The notes beneath the pieces were generated by a model that saw only the letters and a program-made list of their open reading frames with translations, was not told the origin of the DNA and made no database searches. The position numbers were made by a program, and so were the translations under genes. Shown here piece by piece: positions 11,714 to 21,565 of a stretch of 64,000 nt of DNA. How positions within the stretch are numbered: the stretch's first letter is position 1; every line of letters starts with the position of its first letter. Source of the DNA: Rebecca billardiae RCC1528 (Eukaryota > Protista > Haptophyta); the NCBI GenBank assembly GCA_965240325.2, contig OZ251247.1, positions 310,001 through 374,000 on the forward strand. The letters are read 5' to 3'.

Positions 11714-13354
11714 ATGTCCCCCTCCTCGTCGTCAGCGCCGCGCGCCAGCGCGACCGACGCGCCCGCGCCGCCGCCCGCGCCCGCGCCGCCGGCGGCGAGC
11801 GCCGACGACGCGCGGCACGCGCCGCCGCCCCGGCTCGCCGACCTCTCCGCCGAGCTGCTCGAGCACATCCTCTCGCTCCTCCACGCGCCCGCCGACCTCG
11901 CCGCCGCCAACGGCGCCGCGCGCCTCTTCCGCGCCGCGCCGCCCGGCGAGCGCTCGCCGGTGGAGCGAGCGCTGCGCGCGCGCGCGCACGCGCGCGGGCA
12001 CGGCGGCGACGCGCTGCCCGACGCGCAGCCCCGCCGCTCGCGCACGTGGACGGCCGAGCTCTTTGCGCGCGAGCGAGTGCTGGCGCTCGCGGCCGCGCAC
12101 GCCGCCGCGCTCGCCGCGGGCGGCGGCGCGCGCCCGCCGGTCTTCTCGGCGTTCCTCACGGCGCCCGACGGCGCGCTGTACACGTGCGGCGAGGACGAGC
12201 ACGACGGCGGCTCGGACGACGTCGCGCTGCTCGTCGGGCAGGGCGACGTGTGCGCGCCCGCGCCGACTGCGCAGCCAGGCTGGCCCGCGCCGCCGCCGCT
12301 CGTGCCCACGCTGGTGCCGCCGCTCGGCGTGCGGCTGGTGGCGCTCTCGGCGGGGTACGCGCACCTGCTCGCGCTGAGCGAGGGCGGCAGCGCCTTCGTC
12401 TGCGGCGAGAACGGCCGCGCCCAGCTCGGCCACGCCCACCCCAGCACGCCGCGGCACGCACTCACGCCGCTCCCGCCTCCGCTCGACCGGTTTGTCGTGT
12501 GCGTCGCCGCGGGCGGCTGGCACTCGGTGGCGGTGCGCTGCGACGGGCGGGCGTACAGCTGGGGGGACAACGCGCACGGGCAGCTCGGTCGCGGCGACGC
12601 GGAGGACTTGGACGGGCCGCGCCGCGTGCGCGGCCTCGACGCCGTGCACGTGGGCGCTGCGAGCGGCGGCAACTTCCACAGCCTGCTGCTCGCGGCGGAT
12701 GGGCGCGTGTACAGCTGCGGCGGCGGCGCGCACGGGCAGCTGGGGCACGGCGACCGCGAGGAGCGGTGGGAGCCGAAGCGGGTCGAGGCGCTGTGCGGCG
12801 TGCGCGCCGCGCACGTCAGCGCGGGGCTGGCGCACTCCCTCGTCGTCGGCGCCGACGGCAGCGTGCACTCGTTCGGCGCGGGCGCGCGCGGCGCGCTCGG
12901 CCACGGCGACGAGGAGGACCGGCTCACGCCGACGCGCGTCGAGGCGCTCGCGGGCGTGGCCGCGGTGCGCGCGTGCGCGGGGCACCAGGGCAGCGTGGTG
13001 CTCGGCGCGGACGGCGGCGTGCACGCCTTCGGCGACAACTCGCTCCTCCAGCTCGGCCTGCCCGGACCGCCCGGACCGCAGCAGCTGCTCCCGGGGCGCG
13101 CGCCGCCGCTCGGCGCAGCGGGCGCCGCCGCCGCGGTCGTGGGCTGCTCGGTGCGGCAGACGCACGCGCTGTTCGCGACGGCCGACGGCGCGGCGTACTC
13201 GTGCGGGCTGCTCTCGGGCGCGCGCGGCCACGGCGTCGCGCTCGCCGCCGGCGTCAGCCACGTGGGCAACGCGGCGCGCATCGCCGAGCTGCCGCCGCTG
13301 CTGCGCGTGCGCGCGGCGCTGACGATCGATCAGTCGACAGTCGGCGCGTACTAA
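11714..13354 (+). CDS. F-box-like / RCC1-repeat protein, copy 2 (most divergent, highest-GC member)
   Basis: 546 aa. LADLSAELLEHILSLLHAPADLAAANGAARLFR is followed by RCC1 repeats (AAGGWHS..YSWGDNAHGQLG, YSCGGGAHGQLGHGD). Confidence 0.9.
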   Translation: MSPSSSSAPRASATDAPAPPPAPAPPAASADDARHAPPPRLADLSAELLEHILSLLHAPADLAAANGAARLFRAAPPGERSPVERALRARAHARGHGGDALPDAQPRRSRTWTAELFARERVLALAAAHAAALAAGGGARPPVFSAFLTAPDGALYTCGEDEHDGGSDDVALLVGQGDVCAPAPTAQPGWPAPPPLVPTLVPPLGVRLVALSAGYAHLLALSEGGSAFVCGENGRAQLGHAHPSTPRHALTPLPPPLDRFVVCVAAGGWHSVAVRCDGRAYSWGDNAHGQLGRGDAEDLDGPRRVRGLDAVHVGAASGGNFHSLLLAADGRVYSCGGGAHGQLGHGDREERWEPKRVEALCGVRAAHVSAGLAHSLVVGADGSVHSFGAGARGALGHGDEEDRLTPTRVEALAGVAAVRACAGHQGSVVLGADGGVHAFGDNSLLQLGLPGPPGPQQLLPGRAPPLGAAGAAAAVVGCSVRQTHALFATADGAAYSCGLLSGARGHGVALAAGVSHVGNAARIAELPPLLRVRAALTIDQSTVGAY

Positions 13355-13830
13355 CGCTGGGGAGGCTACTCATCTACGATTCTACTAGCAGACTTATTCT
13401 ACTACGACTACGCTGATATGATGTACGGCGCGCGCTGCTGGCAGCCGCGCCCTCAGCCGTGCTACCGTGAATAGTGAGTCAGTACTACTACTAACTATTA
13501 CTACGGCGCGCAGTAGAGTACTGACTGCTCCTACTCGGCATATACTATATATATATATATAGCACTACGCGTGCCGCGCGCATCGTGCCGGGTGCGGGCG
13601 GTGCCGCTCGGCGGCCTCAAGCACGCTGGGACGCGTCCCGTCCACCACGTCTGTCTGAACTGCGAGTCACTCTGCAACACTTCAGTAAGGTACTACAATA
13701 CATATCACCTACGACCATGCTTATTTACGAATTGCACCCGCTACACGACTGTACGCTCGTCCGGGCGCGCGCCTCGGCGCTCGAGCGACGAGCGAGGCGC
13801 TCCCTCGACTCCGACGGGCGCAGGCTTGCG

Positions 13831-15315
13831 ATGACGCGGCAGGCGGGCGCCGTCTGTCCCACGCTGGGCGGCATGCCGGCCGACGTGATTCAGCGCGTGA
13901 CGGCATCGATCGAGCGCGTACGCGACCTCGCCGCCGCCAACGCCGCCTCGCGCCTCTTCCGCGGCGCGCCCGGCGGGTGCTCGCCGGTCGAGCGCGCGCT
14001 GCGCGAGCGCGCGCTCGCGCGTGGCCACAAGAGCGCGCTGCCGCCGACGCTGCCCGCGGGCGTGTGCACGTGGACGGAGGAGCTTTTCGCGCGCGAGCGC
14101 GTGCTCGCCTGTGCTCGCGCGCATGCGGCCGTCGTCGCGGCCGGCAGCGGCTTCAGCGCGTTTGTGGACGCGGAGGGCGGGCTGCACACGTGCGGCGAGG
14201 AGGAGGAGGCGGACGAGGTCACCAGGCAGCTGACGGGCGAGTATCTAGCACACGCGGCAATCGGCCACTCGGGCATGCATTCGGTGTGCGTGCCCACGCA
14301 CATCGCCTCGCTCAGCGCAGTGCGCGTGGTCGCTGTGGCCGCTAGCCACCACCACCTGGTCGCGCTGAGCGAGGCCGGCGCCGTGTACGGCTGCGGCAAC
14401 AACGAGAACGGCCAGCTCGGGCTGGGGGACGCGGAGGAGCGGCACGAGTTTGAGCCGATCGTGGCGCTCGTTGGCGTCGTGGTGATGGGCATCGCCGCGG
14501 GTGACTACCACAGCCTCGCGCTCACCGCCGCTGGGTGCGCGTACAGCTGGGGCTGCAACAGCTGCGGCCAGCTTGGCCACGGCGACAGGAATGAGCGGTG
14601 GGAGCCGACGCGCATCGAGGCGCCGGACGGCGTGCGCATCGGCGGAGTGGCGGCTGGGCAATCGCACACGCTACTGCTCTCTGCACATGGCGTGGTCTAT
14701 TCGTGCGGTGACGGCTTCCAAGGCCAGCTCGGCCACGGCGACCAGCAGCAGCAGCACACGCCGAGGCGCATCGAGGCGCTCGCGTGCGTGCGCACCGTGC
14801 ACGTGAGCGCGGGTTGCCGGCACAGCCTGGCGGTGGACGCGGAGGGTGGCGTGCGCTCGTTTGGAGAGGGGTACGGAGGCTGCCTCGGCCATGGTGACCA
14901 GGCGTGGTGTCTGCTGCCCAAGCGCATCGAGGCATTGGCGGGCGTGCGCGCGATCAGCGCCCGTGCTGGCGCACTCAGCAGCGCTGTGCTGGGCGCGGAC
15001 GGCAGCGTGCACGCGTTTGGGCACAACAGCAGCGGCCGGCTGGGGCTCGACACGCCAGGGATGGACGTCTATCAGCCCACGCGCGTGGCTGCCCTTGCAC
15101 ACGCGCGCGTGGTGGAGTGCGCCTTTGGCCCCTGCCACGCGCTCTTCGCCACAGAGGCGGGTGTCGTGTACGCGTGCGGAGAGAAGTCGGCAGCGCTCGG
15201 CCTCGGGCTGAGCACAGGGGAGGATCCGATTGGGGCTGCAGACCGACCTGACCAGGCGATGCCAGTGCGCATCGAGCAGCTGCCACGCGTGCCGCCCCGC
15301 CGCCTATCCGGCTAG
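13831..15315 (+). CDS. F-box-like / RCC1-repeat protein, copy 3
   Basis: The ATG at 13831 (MTRQAGAVCPTLGGMPADVIQRV) matches the starts of copies 4 and 5. Full RCC1 repeat set. Confidence 0.88.
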   Translation: MTRQAGAVCPTLGGMPADVIQRVTASIERVRDLAAANAASRLFRGAPGGCSPVERALRERALARGHKSALPPTLPAGVCTWTEELFARERVLACARAHAAVVAAGSGFSAFVDAEGGLHTCGEEEEADEVTRQLTGEYLAHAAIGHSGMHSVCVPTHIASLSAVRVVAVAASHHHLVALSEAGAVYGCGNNENGQLGLGDAEERHEFEPIVALVGVVVMGIAAGDYHSLALTAAGCAYSWGCNSCGQLGHGDRNERWEPTRIEAPDGVRIGGVAAGQSHTLLLSAHGVVYSCGDGFQGQLGHGDQQQQHTPRRIEALACVRTVHVSAGCRHSLAVDAEGGVRSFGEGYGGCLGHGDQAWCLLPKRIEALAGVRAISARAGALSSAVLGADGSVHAFGHNSSGRLGLDTPGMDVYQPTRVAALAHARVVECAFGPCHALFATEAGVVYACGEKSAALGLGLSTGEDPIGAADRPDQAMPVRIEQLPRVPPRRLSG

Positions 15316-15617
15316 CGCGCAGCGCTCGCGGCGATCCGACAGCGCATGCAGCTCGCAGCCGAGCGCGGGGTGGTAGCCATGCAGGGCGTCACGCTGTCAC
15401 GCTACCGTGTTGACTGCGACGGCGATGCTGCGGATGATGCTAAGTGTCGTTGTATTCGTCGTAGTAGTACATCGGCGTACGTGCGCGTATGTACGACATA
15501 GAAGACAGTATGTACAGTATCATACTGTACTATCTAGACCAACCGTCATCGACGACGGCCGAGCGGGAGGGCCGGGCGAGGGCACCACCGGGGTGCACGC
15601 GGCTCGCTGCGCGTGCG

Positions 15618-17117
15618 ATGAAGCGGCAGGCGGGCGCCGTCTGTCCCACGCTGGGCGGCATGCCGGCCGACGTGATTCAGCGCGTGGTGGCATCGACCGA
15701 GCGCGTACGTGACCTCGCCGCCGCCAACGCCACCTCGCGCCTCTTCCGCGGCGCGCCCGGCGGCCGCTCGCCGGTCGAGCACGCGCTGCGCGAGCGTGCG
15801 CGCGCTCGCGGCCACGATCACGCGCTGCCACCGACGCTGCCCGCGGGCGTGTGCACGTGGACGGAGGAGCTGTTCGCGCGCGAGCGCGTGCTCGCCTGTG
15901 CTCGTGCGCATGCGGCCGTCGTCGCGGCCGGCAGCGGCTTCAGCGCGTTTGTGGACGCGGAGGGCGGGCTGCACACGTGCGGCGAGGAGGCGGTGCTGGA
16001 GGATGAGACCGGGGAGTGGACGGGCGAGTACTCGGCGCATTCGGCTCTGGGCCATGGTGATCCCGCGACCGTGCCGACGCGCGTCGCCTCCCTCACCACG
16101 GTGCGCGTGGCAGCGGTGGCCGCTGGCCGCTACCACCTGCTCGCGCTGAGCGAGGCCGGCGCCGTGTACAGCTGCGGCGACAACACGTTCGGCCAGCTGG
16201 GGCGGGACTGCGTGGTGGAGTGGCGTTCAGTTGCTCCGGTGAGCTCTCCGTTGAGCGCCTTGGGACGTGCCGCCGTCGTGTGCATCGCTGCTGGTGGGTG
16301 GCACAGCTTCGCGCTCACCGCCGCTGGGTGCGCGTACAGCTGGGGCTGCAACAGCTGCGGCCAGCTCGGCCACGGCGACAAGAAGGACCGGTGGGAGCCG
16401 GCGCGCATCGAGGCGCTGGACGGCGTGCGCGTGGGCGGGATGGCAGCTGGCGAGGAGCATACGCTGTTCCTATCTGCGCAAGGTGCTGTGTACTCGTGCG
16501 GCCTTGGCCAGTTTGGCCGGCTCGGCCACGGCGACGAGGAGGATCAGCTCAAGCCGAGGCGCATCGAGGCGCTCGCGGGCGTGCGCGCCGTGCACGTGAG
16601 CGCGGGCCACATGCACAGCCTGGTGGTGGACGTGGAGGGTGGCGTGCGCTCGTTTGGACATGGGCATTTGGGCTGCCTAGGCCACGGCCATGAGCATTCG
16701 CTGCCGCTGCCCCTGCGCATTGCCGCCCTGGCTGGCGTCACCGCCGTGCGCGCGTGCGCTGGCTTCTGCAGCAGCGCGGTGCTGGGCGCGGACGGCAGCG
16801 TGCACACGTTTGGGAACAACGAGTACGGCGAGCTGGGGCTCGACACGCCGGAGATGGACGTCGGCCAGCCCACGCGCGTGGCTGCCCTTGCCCACGCGCG
16901 TGTGCTGGATTGCGCGCTCGGCCGCAGCCACTTGCTCTTGGCCACAGAGGCGGGTGCCGTGTACGCGTGCGGAGAGAAGTCAGCCGCGCTCGGCCTCGGG
17001 CTGAGCACAGGGGAGGATCCGATTGGGGATGCGGGCGAGGGTGCAGACGCGTACTGGCCCGGCACGCCAGTGCGCATCCAGCAGCTGCCACGCGTGCTGC
17101 CCGGCATGCCGGGCTAG
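15618..17117 (+). CDS. F-box-like / RCC1-repeat protein, copy 4
   Basis: ATG at 15618 (MKRQAGAVCPTLGGMPADV). Tandem sister of copy 3. Confidence 0.88.
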   Translation: MKRQAGAVCPTLGGMPADVIQRVVASTERVRDLAAANATSRLFRGAPGGRSPVEHALRERARARGHDHALPPTLPAGVCTWTEELFARERVLACARAHAAVVAAGSGFSAFVDAEGGLHTCGEEAVLEDETGEWTGEYSAHSALGHGDPATVPTRVASLTTVRVAAVAAGRYHLLALSEAGAVYSCGDNTFGQLGRDCVVEWRSVAPVSSPLSALGRAAVVCIAAGGWHSFALTAAGCAYSWGCNSCGQLGHGDKKDRWEPARIEALDGVRVGGMAAGEEHTLFLSAQGAVYSCGLGQFGRLGHGDEEDQLKPRRIEALAGVRAVHVSAGHMHSLVVDVEGGVRSFGHGHLGCLGHGHEHSLPLPLRIAALAGVTAVRACAGFCSSAVLGADGSVHTFGNNEYGELGLDTPEMDVGQPTRVAALAHARVLDCALGRSHLLLATEAGAVYACGEKSAALGLGLSTGEDPIGDAGEGADAYWPGTPVRIQQLPRVLPGMPG

Positions 17118-17729
17118 TGTGCACCGGGTCCGGTGCCAGCGCATGCAGCTTGCCGCCGCGGCAGTGCCGGCGGCGTGACACAGGGCACAGACAGCCACAG
17201 GGCCTCACTCAGGCCGCCGGTGCGGGTGACGACGTCCGGTCGTCGTTGTAGTCGTCCTCGGTTGATCGATGCTGCATGAGTGCTGCGCGCAGCATGCCAC
17301 ACGCGACGGCGTGAACGCCACAGGTGCCGCGATCATCGTCCGGTGACGATTATGCCGCGGCTGACGCCGGCCCGCTGATTTACACTGAGGGCCACCTCCG
17401 CGCCGTCAGCGCGGAGCGGCTGCTGCTGATGAGAGTCGTCAGCGAACGGAGTAGAGATCGACGATCGCGTCGATCGTCACGACAGGCGCGCGTATAATCG
17501 GCTCAGACCGCGCTGACTATATATATATATACTGTCGTCTGTCACTCTGATTCTCTCTCTCTCTCTAGTCATCATCTCTATTCTCTATCTCTCTCCGTCT
17601 AGTCATCTCTGCTGCCTCTCGCAATCTACTGTCTCGCGCCTGCTGCTCCGCGTCCCGCGGTCTAATCTAGCTCACGCGCAGTCGGCTGCTATCTCCAGTG
17701 CTGCTCACTCTGAGTCTCTCCCTGCTCGA

Positions 17730-17731
<2 letters not shown>

Positions 17732-17803
<72 letters not shown>

Positions 17804-17876
17804 TCTCTAGTCTCTCTCTAGTCTCTCTCTCTCTCTCTCTCTCTCTTACTCTCTCTCTCTCTCTCTCTCTTACTCT
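17732..17876. repeat. (TC)n microsatellite, interrupted
   Basis: Read directly from the sequence. Confidence 0.95.
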
Positions 17877-18181
17877 CGCCGCCATCTCTGATCCGTGATC
17901 GTCGCGTCGTCATCTCTTTATTATTCTGCTCTCTCTCTGGCGCTGCTCACTCACTAGTGCTGCTCGTCCGTAGTCTCTCTCTAGGCGTCTACGGCAGTCG
18001 TCCGCTTACTGATTACTCTCGGCTAGCTTAAGATCATCATAGTTCTAGATATCGCGCGTCCGCCGACGCGGATCACTCGTCGTCCACGACGAAATTGGCA
18101 GCAGCAGCATATCGTCATCGTGGCGCGATATATTATTATCATCGTCATGCAGCATCATCACTGCTGAGCAGCATCAGCAGA

Positions 18182-19531
18182 TCAATCCTCACTGAACTTC
18201 GGCTCGAAGATGGTGCGCGGCCCGTACCAGCGCCCGGGCAGCATGGCCCACCAGTACGCAGCCGGGAAGATGGTCGTCTTCATCACGTAGAAGAAGTAGT
18301 GCTCCTTGGTCTGGTCGAAGAGCCAGCCGAGAGACTCCTTGGGCACGCCGCCGTACTTGAACTCTGCCAGAATCAGCCCGCCCTTGCGCGTGAGGATGGG
18401 GCAGCTCGTGTACCCGTCGTAAATTGCGTTGGGGGCCTTGCCGCGCATCACCATGCGCAGGTTGTGCACGAGGACGGGCGCCTGCGAGGTGATTGCTGCC
18501 GCCGTCTTGGACGTGGGGAGGCTCGACGAGTCGCCGATCGAGAACACGTTCGGGTAGCGCGTGTGCTGCAGCGTGCCCTTGTCCACGCTCACGTACCCGG
18601 ACTCTGGGTCTGCGAGCGGAGACTCGCGCACGGCACGGATCGGCCCCATGCGCGGCGTGACGTGGAGGAAGTCGTACTTCTTGGCGACGCGCGAGCCGTC
18701 CGGCAGCTGGAAGACCGCGGTCTTGCCCGGCCCGTCCACCTCCACCAGGTCGTGCTGGAAGGACGCGTGCACGCCGCGCTCGGCCTTGAGCTTCTCGAGC
18801 GGCTGCCTGTACCGCTCGACGCCAAACATCCCGCCCGTGCCGGTGACGAACTCGACGTGGATGGCGTCGCGCCGGCCGTGGCGCCGCCACCAGTCCTCCG
18901 CGAGCCACATGATCTTCTGCGGCGCGCCGCCGCACTTGACGCCCGCCTTGGGCTGCGTGAAGAGCGCGACGCCGCCGCTGAGCGCCTGCACGTTCTCAAA
19001 CACGACGGGGGCGTACCGGTAGTCGTAGATGGTCGCGACGCCGTCCTTGCCGATGGCGTCGGGCAGGCCCTTCACCGCCTCCAGGTCGTTCACGATGCCC
19101 GGGCACACCACGAGGTAGTCGTACTTGACGCGCGTCCCGTCGGCCAGGACGACCGCGTTCTGCTCGGGCTCAAACCCGGCCGCGCGCGCTTTGATCCACG
19201 CCGCCCTGCGTGGGATGACGCGATCCATGGGGTGCCGTGAGGGCTCGATCGGCATCAGGCCGCCCCCGGTCATCGTCCACCACGGTTGGTAGTAGTGATG
19301 GTCCGACGGCTCGATGATGGCGACGTCTCGCGCGTGCGGCTCGAGCTTCCGCAGCAGCTGGCTCGCGACGTTCACGCCCGCGGCACCTGCGCCCACGATG
19401 ACGACGTGGTGCTTGTCGCCGTCGGCGTGCGCGACCGGCTTCGCCTTGCCACGCGTGAGTGCATACCCGCCGTACGCAACGCCCGCCACCACCGCGCCAG
19501 CGCCTGCGACGCGAGCGACACGCGCGAGCAT
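18182..19531 (-). CDS. SQOR: Sulfide:quinone oxidoreductase, mitochondrial-type (SQOR/HMT2 family)
   Basis: 449 aa, intronless. Rossmann motif VVIVGAGAAG, plus HYYQPWWTMTGGG, KCGGAPQKIMWL, TSKTAAAI and YDGYTSCPILT, which include both catalytic Cys motifs. The N-terminus resembles a targeting sequence. Confidence 0.93.
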   Translation of the reverse strand: MLARVARVAGAGAVVAGVAYGGYALTRGKAKPVAHADGDKHHVVIVGAGAAGVNVASQLLRKLEPHARDVAIIEPSDHHYYQPWWTMTGGGLMPIEPSRHPMDRVIPRRAAWIKARAAGFEPEQNAVVLADGTRVKYDYLVVCPGIVNDLEAVKGLPDAIGKDGVATIYDYRYAPVVFENVQALSGGVALFTQPKAGVKCGGAPQKIMWLAEDWWRRHGRRDAIHVEFVTGTGGMFGVERYRQPLEKLKAERGVHASFQHDLVEVDGPGKTAVFQLPDGSRVAKKYDFLHVTPRMGPIRAVRESPLADPESGYVSVDKGTLQHTRYPNVFSIGDSSSLPTSKTAAAITSQAPVLVHNLRMVMRGKAPNAIYDGYTSCPILTRKGGLILAEFKYGGVPKESLGWLFDQTKEHYFFYVMKTTIFPAAYWWAMLPGRWYGPRTIFEPKFSED

Positions 19532-19747
19532 GACGATGCGGAGCTGCCGGAGGCAGACGGGCGGAGTTGGCGTCGAGCGTCGGTGTTGAGTGCATCAAAC
19601 GCGTGGCACGCGTACCCAGACGATAAATAAAGTAGCGCGGCAGAGAATCTCGGTAGGCGGTGGCCCGAATATCCACCGCCGCCGACGACCAAAATGCTGA
19701 GAGGGGCCAACATTTGACGGTGAGATTCCTCGCTGCAGACCTTCAGC

Positions 19748-20998
19748 ATGTCTGCCGCGCTTGCGACCATCGCGTGCGGATCGTTATTCGTTCCCGCGGG
19801 ACCCGCCATCGCCGAGCGCGGATGCGCGTGGGCAGCCGACTTCAGCCGCCCGTGCCGAGCGCTGGTCTTCGTCCACGTCGGCAAAGCCGGCGGCGGCAGC
19901 CTGCGCCCGGCGCTAGGTAGGGCATGCGCTGCGATGCGCCCGCAGGGCGCGTTCGAGGTGATCATCAGAGTGCACGAGGTGAGCCACTTCGTGGACGACG
20001 ACGGCTGCCGCTGGACTCGGCCCAGTATCCCGGCGCAGGAGGCGACAAGTAGCCAGTGCGCAGGCGTCACCATCCCTGGCCCGCTGTACGTCGGCCCGCT
20101 CAAGGCGGCGAGGAACGGGAGTCAGCTCGCCGCCGGCCGCACCATCCACCGAGTGAACGCCGCTGCCGCTGCCAGGCACGTGAAGTGCCTGCGCGCCGCG
20201 CCAGGGCTGCTTGGCCACGCTCTGCGCGAGTCGCCGATCGTCATCTTCGTGCGCGACCCAGTGGCTCGCTTCGTCGCGTGCTTCAACTTCATGCTCACTT
20301 CGGACTGCGCTGCCGCTGACGGCAGCAGCGGCAGCAGCGGCGGCAGGGGCAGGGCGTGCCCTCGGGTGGCGCAGTACGTGGCCAGGGCGTCCTCGGTGGA
20401 GCGCGGCGCGGGCACAAATGGGCACGGCGCCGCGCCGGGGTGGCGCAACGCCACGGACCTGCAGCTCACCCTCGAGCACCTCCACCGGCGCGCGCGGCAG
20501 GAAGGCTCCGATGCCCACGCCGCCACCGAGCTTTTCTGGGCAGTCCCGCACGCGCTGGCCAGCGTGGCCTGGTACGTGGGCGGCCTCGGCGGGCTGGCGC
20601 GGCTGGAGCGGCGGCTGCTCTTCGCGGGCACGGTGGAGGCGATCTCTGCCGACTTCGCGGCCCTGGAGCGCGTCCTCGCCCGCCACTTTGGGCTCTCCGC
20701 TCAGCGCCTGCCGAACACGCACGACGCCAAACTTGGTCACGAGCACTCGTCAGCGTCGGGGCGCGCGCGCAGGCGGTTGCCTGCGCACTTGGTGGCGTTC
20801 GTGCGTGAGTACTTTGTCGAGGACTACGACTGCATCGCGTGGCTGGCGCAGCGGGGCCTCGTGCACTACGACGGGCGCGGTGGAGCGCAGTACGTCGAGA
20901 GCATCACGGCGGCTGCCAACTCGTACTGGGTTGAGCCGCCGCTGTCTGAGTCTGATGAGGAGTTATTGGACAGCAGTTATTGGACAGCAGCACTATGA
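19748..20998 (+). CDS. Sulfotransferase-like protein (Sulfotransfer_2-type P-loop)
   Basis: 5'-PSB-like LVFVHVGKAGGGSL, 3'-PB-like IFVRDPVARFVACFNF and C-terminal VREYFVEDY. Confidence 0.7.
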   Translation: MSAALATIACGSLFVPAGPAIAERGCAWAADFSRPCRALVFVHVGKAGGGSLRPALGRACAAMRPQGAFEVIIRVHEVSHFVDDDGCRWTRPSIPAQEATSSQCAGVTIPGPLYVGPLKAARNGSQLAAGRTIHRVNAAAAARHVKCLRAAPGLLGHALRESPIVIFVRDPVARFVACFNFMLTSDCAAADGSSGSSGGRGRACPRVAQYVARASSVERGAGTNGHGAAPGWRNATDLQLTLEHLHRRARQEGSDAHAATELFWAVPHALASVAWYVGGLGGLARLERRLLFAGTVEAISADFAALERVLARHFGLSAQRLPNTHDAKLGHEHSSASGRARRRLPAHLVAFVREYFVEDYDCIAWLAQRGLVHYDGRGGAQYVESITAAANSYWVEPPLSESDEELLDSSYWTAAL

Positions 20999-21173
20999 TG
21001 GCCGGGCCTAGGCGGCCCTAGCTCGCGCGCATCACTCATCAGCTGTGACAGCAGTCTCCGAGTCTGCTGAGGCATGACCACGTCGTGGTATGGGCGGGCG
21101 GTCGTTGATGTATAGCGGTTACGGCAGCGTACGTGCGAGTCGGTCTGTGGCCGACTCTGGCCGGCCGACTCTG

Positions 21174-21538
21174 GACCACGCCGCGCACTCGGCGCGCGCG
21201 GCGCCGGCTGCGGCGCGGCATTGAGCGGCTGGCCGCCTTGAGGCGGCGCGTGCGTGCGCGCTGCTCTGAGCCGCCGAGGCGAAAGAGGCGTGGCGCAAGT
21301 CACGCGGCGCAGGAGGGCGCCAGATGCTCTCCCGCAACAGCCCGTCCGCACGCGCCGGCTTCACGGGCACATCCGCGCCCGCAGCGCCGTGGCCCCGTGC
21401 GCTCGCCCGGCGCCAGCGGAGCACGCCCTCGCCGCCGCCCGCCGCAGGCCGCGGGCAAAAAATGTGGATCCCAACATCCGGCGGCGAGCGCGCCACTGGG
21501 GCGCGGGTGCGCAGCTAGTGCGCACCCTTGACTCCCTT
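21174..21538. mobile_element. Solo arm of the MULE-like foldback family (same family as 32724-33802 and 38264-39393)
   Basis: Collinear with 39048-39393 and ends in CACCCTTGACTCCCTT, 27 bp before the ATG of copy 5. Confidence 0.75.
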
Positions 21539-21565
21539 GCCCGGGCCGGGCTGACTGCGCGTGCG

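Noticed and set aside
11383-13416. Long overlapping and antisense ORFs (e.g. 11383-13281, 21515-23125, 24215-26242, 51643-53322)
   Set aside because: These are Arg/Ala/Pro-rich shadow frames of real genes, caused by stop-codon scarcity at very high GC.
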